In this document: piece after piece, positions 20,394 through 39,757 of the stretch | Position numbering within the stretch: the stretch's first letter is position 1 | Layout: every line of letters starts with the position of its first letter | DNA from: the human T2T-CHM13v2.0 reference genome, Homo sapiens | DNA length: 64,000 nt | NCBI RefSeq assembly: GCF_009914755.1 | Contig: NC_060948.1 | Direction: 5' to 3' (one strand) | The notes under the pieces: generated by a model | The model's database searches: none | The model's input: only the letters and a program-made list of their open reading frames with translations | Told to the model about the DNA's origin: nothing | Position numbers and translations under genes: made by a program

Positions 20394-22500
20394 AGATCCG
20401 TATTTTTTAAATGAAAAAAAATTTCAAAGGTACTCTGCTTGGTACAATAATCAAATGTATAAACTGAGGAATAAAACATAACCATGAAACCTACTTATAA
20501 CTGCATATGGAAAATACAGAGGATAATTTTTTAAATAACATATTTTGAAAGCCTTAACTAGTAATTTGAAGAGTTGGCATTTGAAAGGCCAGTATGAATA
20601 TACCTTCAAAGCAGCAACACAGGTTCCCCATGAGAAAAAGCAAACACAGGGAAAATAAAAACACAAAGGTTCAATCTCTTCTGACCTTTGAAAGACACAG
20701 CACAGACAGTGGTCCTTAGGACGAAGAGCAGGAGACCCCTAATTCCGTCACCATGGCGATAGGGCATAAACATTGCTGGGTGAGGGCACAATCCACATTG
20801 TGAGGTCCAACTGCTGCCAGGAAGACAGGAGTGCTTTTACATAGACCGAAAGGTCATTGAAGGCTCAGAGTTTTGTTTCAAGAACTGAATCCCAAGCCCA
20901 CACGTTATTAGGCTGCGCTTCTTAAAACAAGTTATGAGATGGGAAAAAGGGCACCCACAAACATACGTATACATTATGTATATAATAATATACAGTATCA
21001 TATATATAATATATATAACCTATGTATAATATTGTTTTACATCCTGCATCTTATGTTATATATATTGTATAAAATATAATAATTGATAATATATAAGTTT
21101 TATAATTATACAATATGACATATAGTATATATTATAATTTATGACATATATAATATATGTTATATGTCATATATAGAATATATTATACGGTTAATATACG
21201 TATTAAATATAAATTATACATTATATATATTATATATAATATATCTGTTATATATAATACCCATTATGCATAATATATATATTATGTCTATGTTATATAT
21301 AGTATAAAACAACATATAATAATATATAATTGTATATATAAAATGCGACATATAATATATATTATATTTTATAACATATGTAATATATATCATATATTAT
21401 ATATAATACGTTGTATGTATAATACCTATATTAAATATATATTATATGACTATGTTATTAATTATATGTCACATGTGTTATATATTATATATTTTACATA
21501 GAATATACCGGTTACATACAATATATACTATGTTACCTATAATGTATAATTTATTACATGTAAAATAAAGAATGCAATATATTATGTATAATTTATAATA
21601 TACAATATGTGGAATGTGACATATGTAACATATAATATATGATATATGATATACACTATATGATATATAACATACAATATATGATTCCTAATATATATGG
21701 TATACAATATATATTTTATGATATGTATTCTATATGTTTTATATTCTGTTATATATAACTATTTGAAATTATATATAACTGTATAATATTTTATGTAAAT
21801 ATGTAATATAATATATATAACTATATAATATATTATATATAACTATATATTATGTTATATATACTTTTATAACATAATTTACATAAAATATCATAATATA
21901 ATATATATTATATTATTTCATATTACATAATATATATTACATATCACCCAATATAACTAACATACATAATATTATAATATAGATTATATTATGTTATATT
22001 AAATATCATATATATCATGTATCATATATTCTATAATATATATTACACATTATATAATATGTATGTTGTCTATTATGTGATATATATAACTATATATATA
22101 ATTATATTTTTATACATATAACTAGATAAACATGTAATTCTACATATTTTCTTTTGTAATATGTAGAATTATATAATCATATATAATTATTTATATTCTA
22201 TAAAAAATTTTATCATTATATAAATTATAATATATAAAAATTATAATATGTACTACAAATATATATATATTATATATCATATATGATATAGTACCTTTGT
22301 TATATATCATAATACATATAAATGTGTATTATGTTATCTATAATTATATAATTTCATATATAAGATGTATAATATGTATCATATATTATATATGTTATGT
22401 AATATATATAGTATATATAAGATGACACAGGATAAATATTATATACTATGACATATAAAATATATGAGGTTATATGTTACATATAAGGCATAGCACATAA

Positions 22501-22815
<315 letters not shown>

Positions 22816-24945
22816 AGATCCGTATTTTTTAAATGAAAAAAAATTTCAAAGGTGCTCTGCTTGGTACAATAATCAAATGTATAAACTGAGGAATAAAACA
22901 TAACCATGAAACCTACTTATAACTGCATATGGAAAATACAGAGGATAATTTTTTAAATAACATATTTTGAAAGCCTTAACTAGTAATTTGAAGAGTTGGC
23001 ATTTGAAAGGCCAGTATGAATATACCTTCAAAGCAGCAACACAGGTTCCCCATGAGAAAAAGCAAACACAGGGAAAATAAAAACACAAAGGTTCAATCTC
23101 TTCTGACCTTTGAAAGACACAGCACAGACAGTGGTCCTTAGGACGAAGAGCAGGAGACCCCTAATTCCGTCACCATGGCGATAGGGCATAAACATTGCTG
23201 GGTGAGGGCACAATCCACATTGTGAGGTCCAACTGCTGCCAGGAAGACAGGAGTGCTTTTACATAGACCGAAAGGTCATTGAAGGCTCAGAGTTTTGTTT
23301 CAAGAACTGAATCCCAAGCCCACACGTTATTAGGCTGCGCTTCTTAAAACAAGTTATGAGATGGGAAAAAGGGCACCCACAAACATACGTATACATTATG
23401 TATATAATAATATACAGTATCATATATATAATATATATAACCTATGTATAATATTGTTTTACATCCTGCATCTTATGTTATATATATTGTATAAAATATA
23501 ATAATTGATAATATATAAGTTTTATAATTATACAATATGACATATAGTATATATTATAATTTATGACATATATAATATATGTTATATGTCATATATAGAA
23601 TATATTATACGGTTAATATACGTATTAAATATAAATTATACATTATATATATTATATATAATATATCTGTTATATATAATACCCATTATGCATAATATAT
23701 ATATTATGTCTATGTTATATATAGTATAAAACAACATATAATAATATATAATTGTATATATAAAATGCGACATATAATATATATTATATTTTATAACATA
23801 TGTAATATATATTATATATTATATATAATACGTTGTATGTATAATACCTATATTAAATATATATTATATGACTATGTTATTAATTACATGTCCCATGTGT
23901 TATATATTATATATTTTACATAGAATATACCGGTTACATACAATATATACTATGTTACCTATAATGTATAATTGATTACATGTAAAATAAAGAATGCAAT
24001 ATATTATGTAAAATTTATAATATACAATATGTGGAATGTGACATATGTAACATATAATATATGATATATGATATACACTATATGATATATAACATACAAT
24101 ATATGATTCCTAATATATATGGTATACAATATATATTTTATGATATGTATTCTATATGTTTTATATTCTGTTATATATAACTATTTGAAATTATATATAA
24201 CTGTATAATATTTTATGTAAATATGTAATATAATATATATAACTATATAATATATTATATATAACTATATATTATGTTATATATACTTTTATAACATAAT
24301 TTACATAAAATATCATAATATAATATATATTATATTATTTCATATTACATAATATATATTACATATCACCCAATATAACTAACATACATAATATTATAAT
24401 ATAGATTATATTATGTTATATTAAATATCATATATATCATGTATCATATATTCTATAATATATATTACACATTATATAATATGTATGTTGTCTATTATGT
24501 GATATATATAACTATATATATAATTATATTTTTATACATATAACTAGATAAACATGTAATTCTACATATTTTCATTTGTAATAGGTAGAATTATATAATC
24601 ATATATAATTATTTATATTCTATAAAAAATTTTATCATTATATAAATTATAATATATAAAAATTATAATATGTACTACAAATATATATATATTATATATC
24701 ATATATGATATAGTACCTTTGTTATATATCATAATACATATAAATGTGTATTATGTTATCTATAATTATATAATTTCATATATAAGATGTATAATATGTA
24801 TCATATATTATATATGTTATGTAATATATATAGTATATATAAGATGACACAGGATAAATATTATATACTATGACATATAAAATATATGAGGTTATATGTT
24901 ACATATAAGGCATAGCACATAACATGTAATATATATCATATATAA

Positions 24946-25237
24946 TTTTTTTTTAGACAGAATCTTGTCCTGTTGCACAGGGTGGGGTACAATGGCGCCA
25001 TCTTTGCTCACTGCAACTTCTGCCTCACGGTTCCAAGCGATTGTCCTCCCTCAGCCTCCCAGGTAGCTGGGACTACACCACACTGGGACTACACCAGCTG
25101 CCACCATGCCTTGCTAATTTTTTGGATTTTTAGTAGTGACAGCGTTTCACTGTATTGGCCAGGATGGTCTTGATCTCTTCACCTTGTGATCCCCTTGCCT
25201 TGGCCTCCAAATTTGCTGGGATTACAGGCCTGAGCCA
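24946..25237 (-). mobile_element. Alu copy, unit 11
   Basis: Carries the ccttgctaa and ggttcc variants. Confidence 0.93.
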
Positions 25238-27344
25238 AGATCCGTATTTTTTAAATGAAAAAAAATTTCAAACGTACTCTGCTTGGTACAATAATCAAAT
25301 GTATAAACTGAGGAATAAAACATAACCATGAAACCTACTTATAACTGCATATGGAAAATACAGAGGATAATTTTTTAAATAACATATTTTGAAAGCCTTA
25401 ACTAGTAATTTGAAGAGTTGGCATTTGAAAGGCCAGTATGAATATACCTTCAAAGCAGCAACACAGGTTCCCCATGAGAAAAAGCAAACACAGGGAAAAT
25501 AAAAACACAAAGGTTCAATCTCTTCTGACCTTTGAAAGACACAGCACAGACAGTGGTCCTTAGGACGAAGAGCAGGAGACCCCTAATTCCGTCACCATGG
25601 CGATAGGGCATAAACATTGCTGGGTGAGGGCACAATCCACATTGTGAGGTCCAACTGCTGCCAGGAAGACAGGAGTGCTTTTACATAGACCGAAAGGTCA
25701 TTGAAGGCTCAGAGTTTTGTTTCAAGAACTGAATCCCAAGCCCACACGTTATTAGGCTGCGCTTCTTAAAACAAGTTATGAGATGGGAAAAAGGGCACCC
25801 ACAAACATACGTATACATTATGTATATAATAATATACAGTATCATATATATAATATATATAACCTATGTATAATATTGTTTTACATCCTGCATCTTATGT
25901 TATATATATTGTATAAAATATAATAATTGATAATATATAAGTTTTATAATTATACAATATGACATATAGTATATATTATAATTTATGACATATATAATAT
26001 ATGTTATATATCATATATAGAATATATTATACGGTTAATATACGTATTAAATATAAATTATACATTATATATATTATATATAATATATCTGTTATATATA
26101 ATACCCATTATGCATAATATATATATTATGTCTATGTTATATATAGTATAAAACAACATATAATAATATATAATTGTATATATAAAATGCGACATATAAT
26201 ATATATTATATTTTATAACATATGTAATATATATTATATATTATATATAATACGTTGTATGTATAATACCTATATTAAATATATATTATATGACTATGTT
26301 ATTAATTACATGTCACATGTGTTATATATTATATATTTTACATAGAATATACCGGTTACATACAATATATACTATGTTACCTATAATGTATAATTGATTA
26401 CATGTAAAATAAAGAATGCAATATATTATGTAAAATTTATAATATACAATATGTGGAATGTGACATATGTAACATATAATATATGATATATGATATACAG
26501 TATATGATATATAACATACAATATATGATTCCTAATATATATGGTATACAATATATATTTTATGATATGTATTCTATATGTTTTATATTCTGTTATATAT
26601 AACTATTTGAAATTATATATAACTGTATAATATTTTATGTAAATATGTAATATAATATATATAACTATATAATATATTATATATAACTATATATTATGTT
26701 ATATATACTTTTATAACATAATTTACATAAAATATCATAATATAATATATATTATATTTTTTCATATTACATAATATATATTACATATCACCCAATATAA
26801 CTAACATACATAATATTATAATATAGATTATATTGTGTTATATTAAATATCATATATATCATGTATCATATATTCTATAATATATATTACACATTATATA
26901 ATATGTATGTTGTCTATTATGTGATATATATAACTATATATATAATTATATTTTTATACATATAACTAGATAAACATGTAATTCTACATATTTTCATTTG
27001 TAATATGTAGAATTATATAATCATATATAATTATTTATAATCTATAAAAAATTTTATCATTATATAAATTATAATATATAAAAATTATAATATGTACTAC
27101 AAATATATATATATTATATATCATATATGATATAGTACCTTTGTTATATATCATAATACATATAAATGTGTATTATGTTATCTATAATTATATAATTTCA
27201 TATATAAGATGTATAATATGTATCATATATTATATATGTTATGTAATATATATAGTATATATAAGATGACACAGGATAAATATTATATACTATGACATAT
27301 AAAATATATGAGGTTATATGTTACATATAAGGCATAGCACATAA

Positions 27345-27659
<315 letters not shown>

Positions 27660-29764
27660 AGATCCGTATTTTTTAAATGAAAAAAAATTTCAAAGGTACT
27701 CTGCTTGGTACAATAATCAAATGTATAAACTGAGGAATAAAACATAACCATGAAACCTACTTATAACTGCATATGGAAAATACAGAGGATAATTTTTTAA
27801 ATAACATATTTTGAAAGCCTTAACTAGTAATTTGAAGAGTTGGCATTTGAAAGGCCAGTATGAATATACCTTCAAAGCAGCAACACAGGTTCCCCATGAG
27901 AAAAAGCAAACACAGGGAAAATAAAAACACAAAGGTTCAATCTCTTCTGACCTTTGAAAGACACAGCACAGACAGTGGTCCTTAGGACGAAGAGCAGGAG
28001 ACCCCTAATTCCGTCACCATGGCGATAGGGCATAAACATTGCTGGGTGAGGGCACAATCCACATTGTGAGGTCCAACTGCTGCCAGGAAGACAGGAGTGC
28101 TTTTACATAGACCGAAAGGTCATTGAAGGCTCAGAGTTTTGTTTCAAGAACTGAATCCCAAGCCCACACGTTATTAGGCTGCGCTTCTTAAAACAAGTTA
28201 TGAGATGGGAAAAAGGGCACCCACAAACATACGTATACATTATGTATATAATAATATACAGTATCATATATATAATATATATAACCTATGTATAATATTG
28301 TTTTACATCCTGCATCTTATGTTATATATATTGTATAAAATATAATAATTGATAATATATAAGTTTTATAATTATACAATATGACATATAGTATATATTA
28401 TAATTTATGACATATATAATATATGTTATATGTCATATATAGAATATATTATACGGTTAATATACGTATTAAATATAAATTATACATTATATATATTATA
28501 TATAATATATCTGTTATATATAATACCCATTATGCATAATATATATATTATGTCTATGTTATATATAGTATAAAACAACATATAATAATATATAATTGTA
28601 TATATAAAATGCGACATATAATATATATTATATTTTATAACATATGTAATATATATTATATATTATATATAATACGTTGTATGTATAATACCTATATTAA
28701 ATATATATTATATGACTATGTTATTAATTACATGTCACATGTGTTATATATTATATATTTTACATAGAATATACCGGTTACATACAATATATACTATGTT
28801 ACCTATAATGTATAATTTATTACATGTAAAATAAAGAATGCAATATATTATGTATAATTTATAATATACAATATGTGGAATGTGACATATGTAACATATA
28901 ATATATGATATATGATATACAGTATATGATATATAACATACAATATATGATTCCTAATATATATGGTATACAATATCTATTTTATGATATGTATTCTATA
29001 TGTTTTATATTCTGTTATATATAACTATTTGAAATTATATATAACTGTATAATATTTTATGTAAATATGTAATATAATATATATAACTATATAATATATT
29101 ATATATAACTATATATTATGTTATATATACTTTTATAACATAATTTACATAAAATATCATAATATAATATATATTATATTATTTCATATTCCATAATATA
29201 TATTACATATCACCCAATATAACTAACATACATAATATTATAATATAGATTATATTATGTTATATTAAATATCATATATATCATGTATCATATATTCTAT
29301 AATATATATTACACATTATATAATATGTATGTTGTCTATTATGTGATATATATATCTATATATATAATTATATTTTTATACATATAACTAGATAAACATG
29401 TAATTCTACATATTTTCATTTATAATATGTAGAATTATATAATCATATATAATTATTTATATTCTATAAAAAATTTTATCATTATATAAATTATAATATA
29501 TCAAAATTATAATATGTACTACAAATATATATATATTATATATCATATATGATATAGTACCTTTGTTATATATCATAATACATATAAATGTGTATTGTTA
29601 TCTATAATTATATAATTTCATATATAAGATGTATAATATGTATCATATATTATATATGTTATGAAATATATATAGTATATATAAGATGACACAGGATAAA
29701 TATTATATACTATGACATATAAAATATATGAGGTTATATGTTACATATAAGGCATAGCACATAA

Positions 29765-30079
<315 letters not shown>

Positions 30080-32184
30080 AGATCCGTATTTTTTAAATGA
30101 AAAAAAATTTCAAAGGTACTCTGCTTGGTACAATAATCAAATGTATAAACTGAGGAATAAAACATAACCATGAAACCTACTTATAACTGCATATGGAAAA
30201 TACAGAGGATAATTTTTTAAATAACATATTTTGAAAGCCTTAACTAGTAATTTGAAGAGTTGGCATTTGAAAGGCCAGTATGAATATACCTTCAAAGCAG
30301 CAACACAGGTTCCCCATGAGAAAAAGCAAACACAGGGAAAATAAAAACACAAAGGTTCAATCTCTTCTGACCTTTGAAAGACACAGCACAGACAGTGGTC
30401 CTTAGGACGAAGAGCAGGAGACCCCTAATTCCGTCACCATGGCGATAGGGCATAAACATTGCTGGGTGAGGGCACAATCCACATTGTGAGGTCCAACTGC
30501 TGCCAGGAAGACAGGAGTGCTTTTACATAGACCGAAAGGTCATTGAAGGCTCAGAGTTTTGTTTCAAGAACTGAATCCCAAGCCCACACGTTATTAGGCT
30601 GCGCTTCTTAAAACAAGTGATGAGATGGGAAAAAGGGCACCCACAAACATACGTATACATTATGTATATAATAATATACAGTATCATATATATAATATAT
30701 ATAACCTATGTATAATATTGTTTTACATCCTGCATCTTATGTTATATATATTGTATAAAATATAATAATTGATAATATATAAGTTTTATAATTATACAAT
30801 ATGACATATAGTATATATTATAATGTATGACATATATAATATATGTTATATATCATATATAGAGTATATTATACGGTTAATATACGTATTAAATATAAAT
30901 TATACCTTATATATATTATATATAATATATCTGTTATATATAATACCCATTATGCATAATATATATATTATGTCTGTTATATATAGTATAAAACAACATA
31001 TAATAATATATAATTGTATATATAAAATGCGACATATAATATATATTATATTTTATAACATATGTAATATATATTATATATTATATATAATACGTTGTAT
31101 GTATAATACCTATATTAAATATATATTATATGACTATGTTATTAATTACATGTCACATGTGTTATATATTATATATTTTACATAGAATATACCGGTTACA
31201 TACAATATATACTATGTTACCTATAATGTATAATTTATTACATGTAAAATAAATAATGCAATATATTATGTAAAATTTATAATATACAATATGTGGAATG
31301 TGATATATGTAACATATAATATATGATATATGATATACAGTATATGATATGTAACATACAATATATGATTCCTAATATATATGGTATACAATATATATTT
31401 TATGATATGTATTCTATATGTTTTATATTCTGTTATATATAACTATTTGAAATTATATATAACTGTATAATATTTTATGTAAATATGAATTATAATATAT
31501 ATAACTATATAATATATTATATATAACTATATATTATGTTATGTATACTTTTATAACATAATTTACATAAAATATCATAATATAATATATATTATATTAT
31601 TTCATATTACATAATATATATTACATATCACCCAATATAACTAACATACATAATATTATAATATAGATTATATTATGTTATATTAAATATCATATATATC
31701 ATGTATCATATATTCTATAATATATATTACACATTATATAATATGTATGTTGTCTATTATGTGATATATATAACTATATATATAATTATATTTTTATACA
31801 TATAACTAGATAAACATGTAATTCTACATATTTTCATTTATAATATGTAGAATTATATAATCATACATAATTATTTATATTCTATAAAAAATTTTATCAT
31901 TATATAAATTATAATATATAAAAATTATAATATGTACTACAAATATATATATATTATATATCATTTATGATATAGTACCTTTGTTATATATCATAATACA
32001 TATAAATGTGTATTATGTTATCTATAATTATATAATTTCATATATAAGATGTATAATATGTATCATATATTATATATGTTATGTAATATATATAGTATAT
32101 ATAAGATGACACAGGATAAATATTATATACTATGACATATAAAATATATGAGGTTATATGTTACATATAAGGCATAGCACATAA

Positions 32185-32499
<315 letters not shown>

Positions 32500-34604
32500 A
32501 GATCCGTATTTTTTAAATGAAAAAAAATTTCAAAGGTACTCTGCTTGGTACAATAATCAAATGTATAAACTGAGGAATAAAACATAACCATGAAACCTAC
32601 TTATAACTGCATATGGAAAATACAGAGGATAATTTTTTAAATAACATATTTTGAAAGCCTTAACTAGTAATTTGAAGAGTTGGCATTTGAAAGGCCAGTA
32701 TGAATATACCTTCAAAGCAGCAACACAGGTTCCCCATGAGAAAAAGCAAACACAGGGAAAATAAAAACACAAAGGTTCAATCTCTTCTGACCTTTGAAAG
32801 ACACAGCACAGACAGTGGTCCTTAGGACGAAGAGCAGGAGACCCGTAATTCCGTCACCATGGCGATAGGGCATAAACATTGCTGGGTGAGGGCACAATCC
32901 ACATTGTGAGGTCCAACTGCTGCCAGGAAGACAGGAGTGCTTTTACATAGACCGAAAGGTCATTGAAGGCTCAGAGTTTTGTTTCAAGAACTGAATCCCA
33001 AGCCCACACGTTATTAGGCTGCGCTTCTTAAAACAAGTTATGAGATGGGAAAAAGGGCACCCACAAACATACGTATACATTATGTATATAATAATATACA
33101 GTATCATATATATAATATATATAACCTATGTATAATATTGTTTTACATCCTGCATCTTATGTTATATATATTGTATAAAATATAATAATTGATAATATAT
33201 AAGTTTTATAATTATACAATATGACATATAGTATATATTATAATTTATGACATATATAATATATGTTATATGTCATATATAGAATATATTATACGGTTAA
33301 TATACGTATTAAATATAAATTATACATTATATATATTATATATAATATATCTGTTATATATAATACCCATTATGCATAATATATATATTATGTCTATGTT
33401 ATATATAGTATAAAACAACATATAATAATATATAATTGTATATATAAAATGCGACATATAATATATATTATATTTTATAACATATGTAATATATATTATA
33501 TATTATATATAATACGTTGTATGTATAATACCTATATTAAATATATATTATATGACTATGTTATTAATTACATGTCACATGTGTTATATATTATATATTT
33601 TACATAGAATATACCGGTTACATACAATATATACTATGTTACCTATAATGTATAATTTATTACATGTAAAATAAAGAATGCAATATATTATGTATAATTT
33701 ATAATATACAATATGTGGAATGTGACATATGTAACATATAATATATGATATATGATATACAGTATATGATATATAACATACAATATATGATTCCTAATAT
33801 ATATGGTATACAATATCTATTTTATGATATGTATTCTATATGTTTTATATTCTGTTATATATAACTATTTGAAATTATATATAACTGTATAATATTTTAT
33901 GTAAATATGTAATATAATATATATAACTATATAATATATTATATATAACTATATATTATGTTATATATACTTTTATAACATAATTTACATAAAATATCAT
34001 AATATAATATATATTATATTATTTCATATTACATAATATATATTACATATCACCCAATATAACTAACATACATAATATTATAATATAGATTATATTATGT
34101 TATATTAAATATCATATATATCATGTATCATATATTCTATAATATATATTACACATTATATAATATGTATGTTGTCTATTATGTGATATATATATCTATA
34201 TATATAATTATATTTTTATACATATAACTAGATAAACATGTAATTCTACATATTTTCATTTATAATATGTAGAATTATATAATCATATATAATTATTTAT
34301 ATTCTATAAAAAATTTTATCATTATATAAATTATAATATATAAAAATTATAATATGTACTACAAATATATATATATTATATATCATATATGATATAGTAC
34401 CTTTGTTATATATCATAATACATATAAATGTGTATTGTTATCTATAATTATATAATTTCATATATAAGATGTATAATATGTATCATATATTATATATGTT
34501 ATGAAATATATATAGTATATATAAGATGACACAGGATAAATATTATATACTATGACATATAAAATATATGAGGTTATATGTTACATATAAGGCATAGCAC
34601 ATAA

Positions 34605-34919
<315 letters not shown>

Positions 34920-37024
34920 AGATCCGTATTTTTTAAATGAAAAAAAATTTCAAAGGTACTCTGCTTGGTACAATAATCAAATGTATAAACTGAGGAATAA
35001 AACATAACCATGAAACCTACTTATAACTGCATATGGAAAATACAGAGGATAATTTTTTAAATAACATATTTTGAAAGCCTTAACTAGTAATTTGAAGAGT
35101 TGGCATTTGAAAGGCCAGTATGAATATACCTTCAAAGCAGCAACACAGGTTCCCCATGAGAAAAAGCAAACACAGGGAAAATAAAAACACAAAGGTTCAA
35201 TCTCTTCTGACCTTTGAAAGACACAGCACAGACAGTGGTCCTTAGGACGAAGAGCAGGAGACCCCTAATTCCGTCACCATGGCGATAGGGCATAAACATT
35301 GCTGGGTGAGGGCACAATCCACATTGTGAGGTCCAACTGCTGCCAGGAAGACAGGAGTGCTTTTACATAGACCGAAAGGTCATTGAAGGCTCAGAGTTTT
35401 GTTTCAAGAACTGAATCCCAAGCCCACACGTTATTAGGCTGCGCTTCTTAAAACAAGTGATGAGATGGGAAAAAGGGCACCCACAAACATACGTATACAT
35501 TATGTATATAATAATATACAGTATCATATATATAATATATATAACCTATGTATAATATTGTTTTACATCCTGCATCTTATGTTATATATATTGTATAAAA
35601 TATAATAATTGATAATATATAAGTTTTATAATTATACAATATGACATATAGTATATATTATAATTTATGACATATATAATATATGTTATATATCATATAT
35701 AGAATATATTATACGGTTAATATACGTATTAAATGTAAATTATACCTTATATATATTATATATAATATAACTGTTATATATAATACCCATTATGCATAAT
35801 ATATATATTATGTCTATGTTATATATAGTATAAAACAACATATAATAATATATAATTGTATATATAAAATGCGACATATAATATATATTATATTTTATAA
35901 CATATGTAATATATATTATATATTATATATAATACGTTGTATGTATAATACCTATATTAAATATATATTATATGACTATGTTATTAATTACATGTCACAT
36001 GTGTTATATATTATATATTTTACATAGAATATACCGGTTACATACAATATATACTATGTTACCTATAATGTATAATTTATTACATGTAAAATAAAGAATG
36101 CAATATATTATGTATAATTTATAATATACAATATGTGGAATGTGATATATGTAACATATAATATATGATATATGATATACAGTATATGATATATAACATA
36201 CAATATATGATTCCTAATATATATGGTATACAATATATATTTTATGATATGTATTCTATATGTTTTATATTCTGTTATATATAACTATTTGAAATTATAT
36301 ATAACTGTATAATATTTTATGTAAATATGTAATATAATATATATAACTATATAATATATTATATATAACTATATATTATGTTATGTATACTTTTATAACA
36401 TAATTTACATAAAATATCATAATATAATATATATTATATTATTTCATATTACATAATATATATTACATATCACCCAATATAACTAACATACATAATATTA
36501 TAATATAGATTATATTATGTTATATTAAATATCATATATATCATGTATCATATATTCTATAATATATATTACACATTATATAATATGTATGTTGTCTATT
36601 ATGTGATATATATAACTGTATATATAATTATATTTTTATACATATAACTAGATAAACATGTAATTCTACATATTTTCATTTATAATATGTAGAATTATAT
36701 AATCATATATAATTATTTATATTCTATAAAAAATTTTATCATTATATAAATTATAATATATAAAAATTATAATATGTACTACAAATATATATATTATATA
36801 TCATATATGATATAGTACCTTTGTTATATATCATAATACATATAAATGTGTATTATGTTATCTATAATTATATAATTTCATATATAAGTTGTATAATATG
36901 TATCATATATTATATATGTTATGTAATATATATAGTATATATAAGATGACACAGGATAAATATTATATACTATGACATATAAAATATATGAGGTTATATG
37001 TTACATATAAGGCATAGCACATAA

Positions 37025-37339
<315 letters not shown>

Positions 37340-39442
37340 AGATCCATATTTTTTAAATGAAAAAAAATTTCAAAGGTACTCTGCTTGGTACAATAATCAA
37401 ATGTATAAACTGAGGAATAAAACATAACCATGAAACCTACTTATAACTGCATATGGAAAATACAGAGGATAATTTTTTAAATAACATATTTTGAAAGCCT
37501 TAACTAGTAATTTGAAGAGTTGGCATTTGAAAGGCCAGTATGAATATACCTTCAAAGCAGCAACACAGGTTAACCATGAGAAAAAGCAAACACAGGGAAA
37601 ATAAAAACACAAAGGTTCAATCTCTTCTGACCTTTGAAAGACACAGCACAGACAGTGGTCCTTAGGACGAAGAGCAGGAGACCCCTAATTCCGTCACCAT
37701 GGCGATAGGGCATAAACATTGCTGGGTGAGGGCACAATCCACATTGTGAGGTCCAACTGCTGCCAGGAAGACAGGAGTGCTTTTACATAGACCGAAAGGT
37801 CATTGAAGGCTCAGAGTTTTGTTTCAAGAACTGAATCCCAAGCCCACACGTTATTAGGCTGCGCTTCTTAAAACAAGTGATGAGATGGGAAAAAGGGCAC
37901 CCACAAACATACGTATACATTATGTATATAATAATATACAGTATCATATATATAATATATATAACCTATGTATAATATTGTTTTACATCCTGCATCTTAT
38001 GTTATATATATTGTATAAAATATAATAATTGATAATATATAAGTTTTATAATTATACAATATGACATATAGTATATATTATAATTTATGACATATATAAT
38101 ATATGTTATATATCATATATAGAATATAGTATACGGTTAATATACGTATTAAATATAAATTATACATTATATATATTATATATAATATATCTGTTATATA
38201 TAATACCCATTATGCATAATATATATATTATGTCTATGTTATATATAGTATAAAACAACATATAATAATATATAATTGTATATATAAAATGCGACATATA
38301 ATATATATTATATTTTATAACATATGTAATATATATTATATATTATATATAATACGTTGTATGTATAATACCTATATTAAATATATATTATATGACTATG
38401 TTATTAATTACATGTCACATGTGTTATATATTATATATTTTACATAGAATATACCGGTTACATACAATATATACTATGTTACCTATAATGTATAATTTAT
38501 TACATGTAAAATAAAGAATGCAATATATTATGTATAATTTATAATATACAATATGTGGAATGTGATATATATAACATATAATATATGATATATGATATAC
38601 AGTATATGATATATAACATACAATATATGATTCCTAATATATATGGTATACAATATATATTTTATGATATGTATTCTATATGTTTTATATTCTGTTCTAT
38701 ATAACTATTTGAAATTATATATAACTGTATAATATTTTATGTAAATATGTAATATAATATATATAACTATATAATATATTATATATAACTATATATTATG
38801 TTATGTATACTTTTATAACATAATTTACAAAAAATATCATAATATAATATATATTATATTATTTCATATTACATAATATATATTACATATCACCCAATAT
38901 AACTAACATACATAATATTATAATATAGATTATATTATGTTATATTAAATATCATATATATCATGTATCATATATTCTATAATATATATTACACATTATA
39001 TAATATGTATGCTGTCTATTATGTGATATATATAACTATATATAATTATATTTTTATACATATAACTAGATAAACATGTAATTCTACATATTTTCATTTA
39101 TAATATGTAGAATTATATAATCATATATAATTATTTATATTCTATAAAAAATTTTATCATTATATAAATTATAATATATAAAAATTATAATATGTACTAC
39201 AAATATATATATTATATATCATATATGATATAGTACCTTTGTTATATATCATAATACATATAAATGTGTATTATGTTATCTATAATTATATAATTTCATA
39301 TATAAGGTGTATAATATGTATCATATATTATATATGTTATGTAATATATATAGTATATATAAGATGACACAGGATAAATATTATATACTATGACATATAA
39401 AATATATGAGGTTATATGTTACATATAAGGCATAGCACATAA

Positions 39443-39757
<315 letters not shown>

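Noticed and set aside
30823-31185. Unique 120-aa ORF
   Set aside because: It is a Tyr/Ile/Asn low-complexity translation of TA-rich DNA, created by a private T>G (new ATG) and a 2-bp deletion in one unit.
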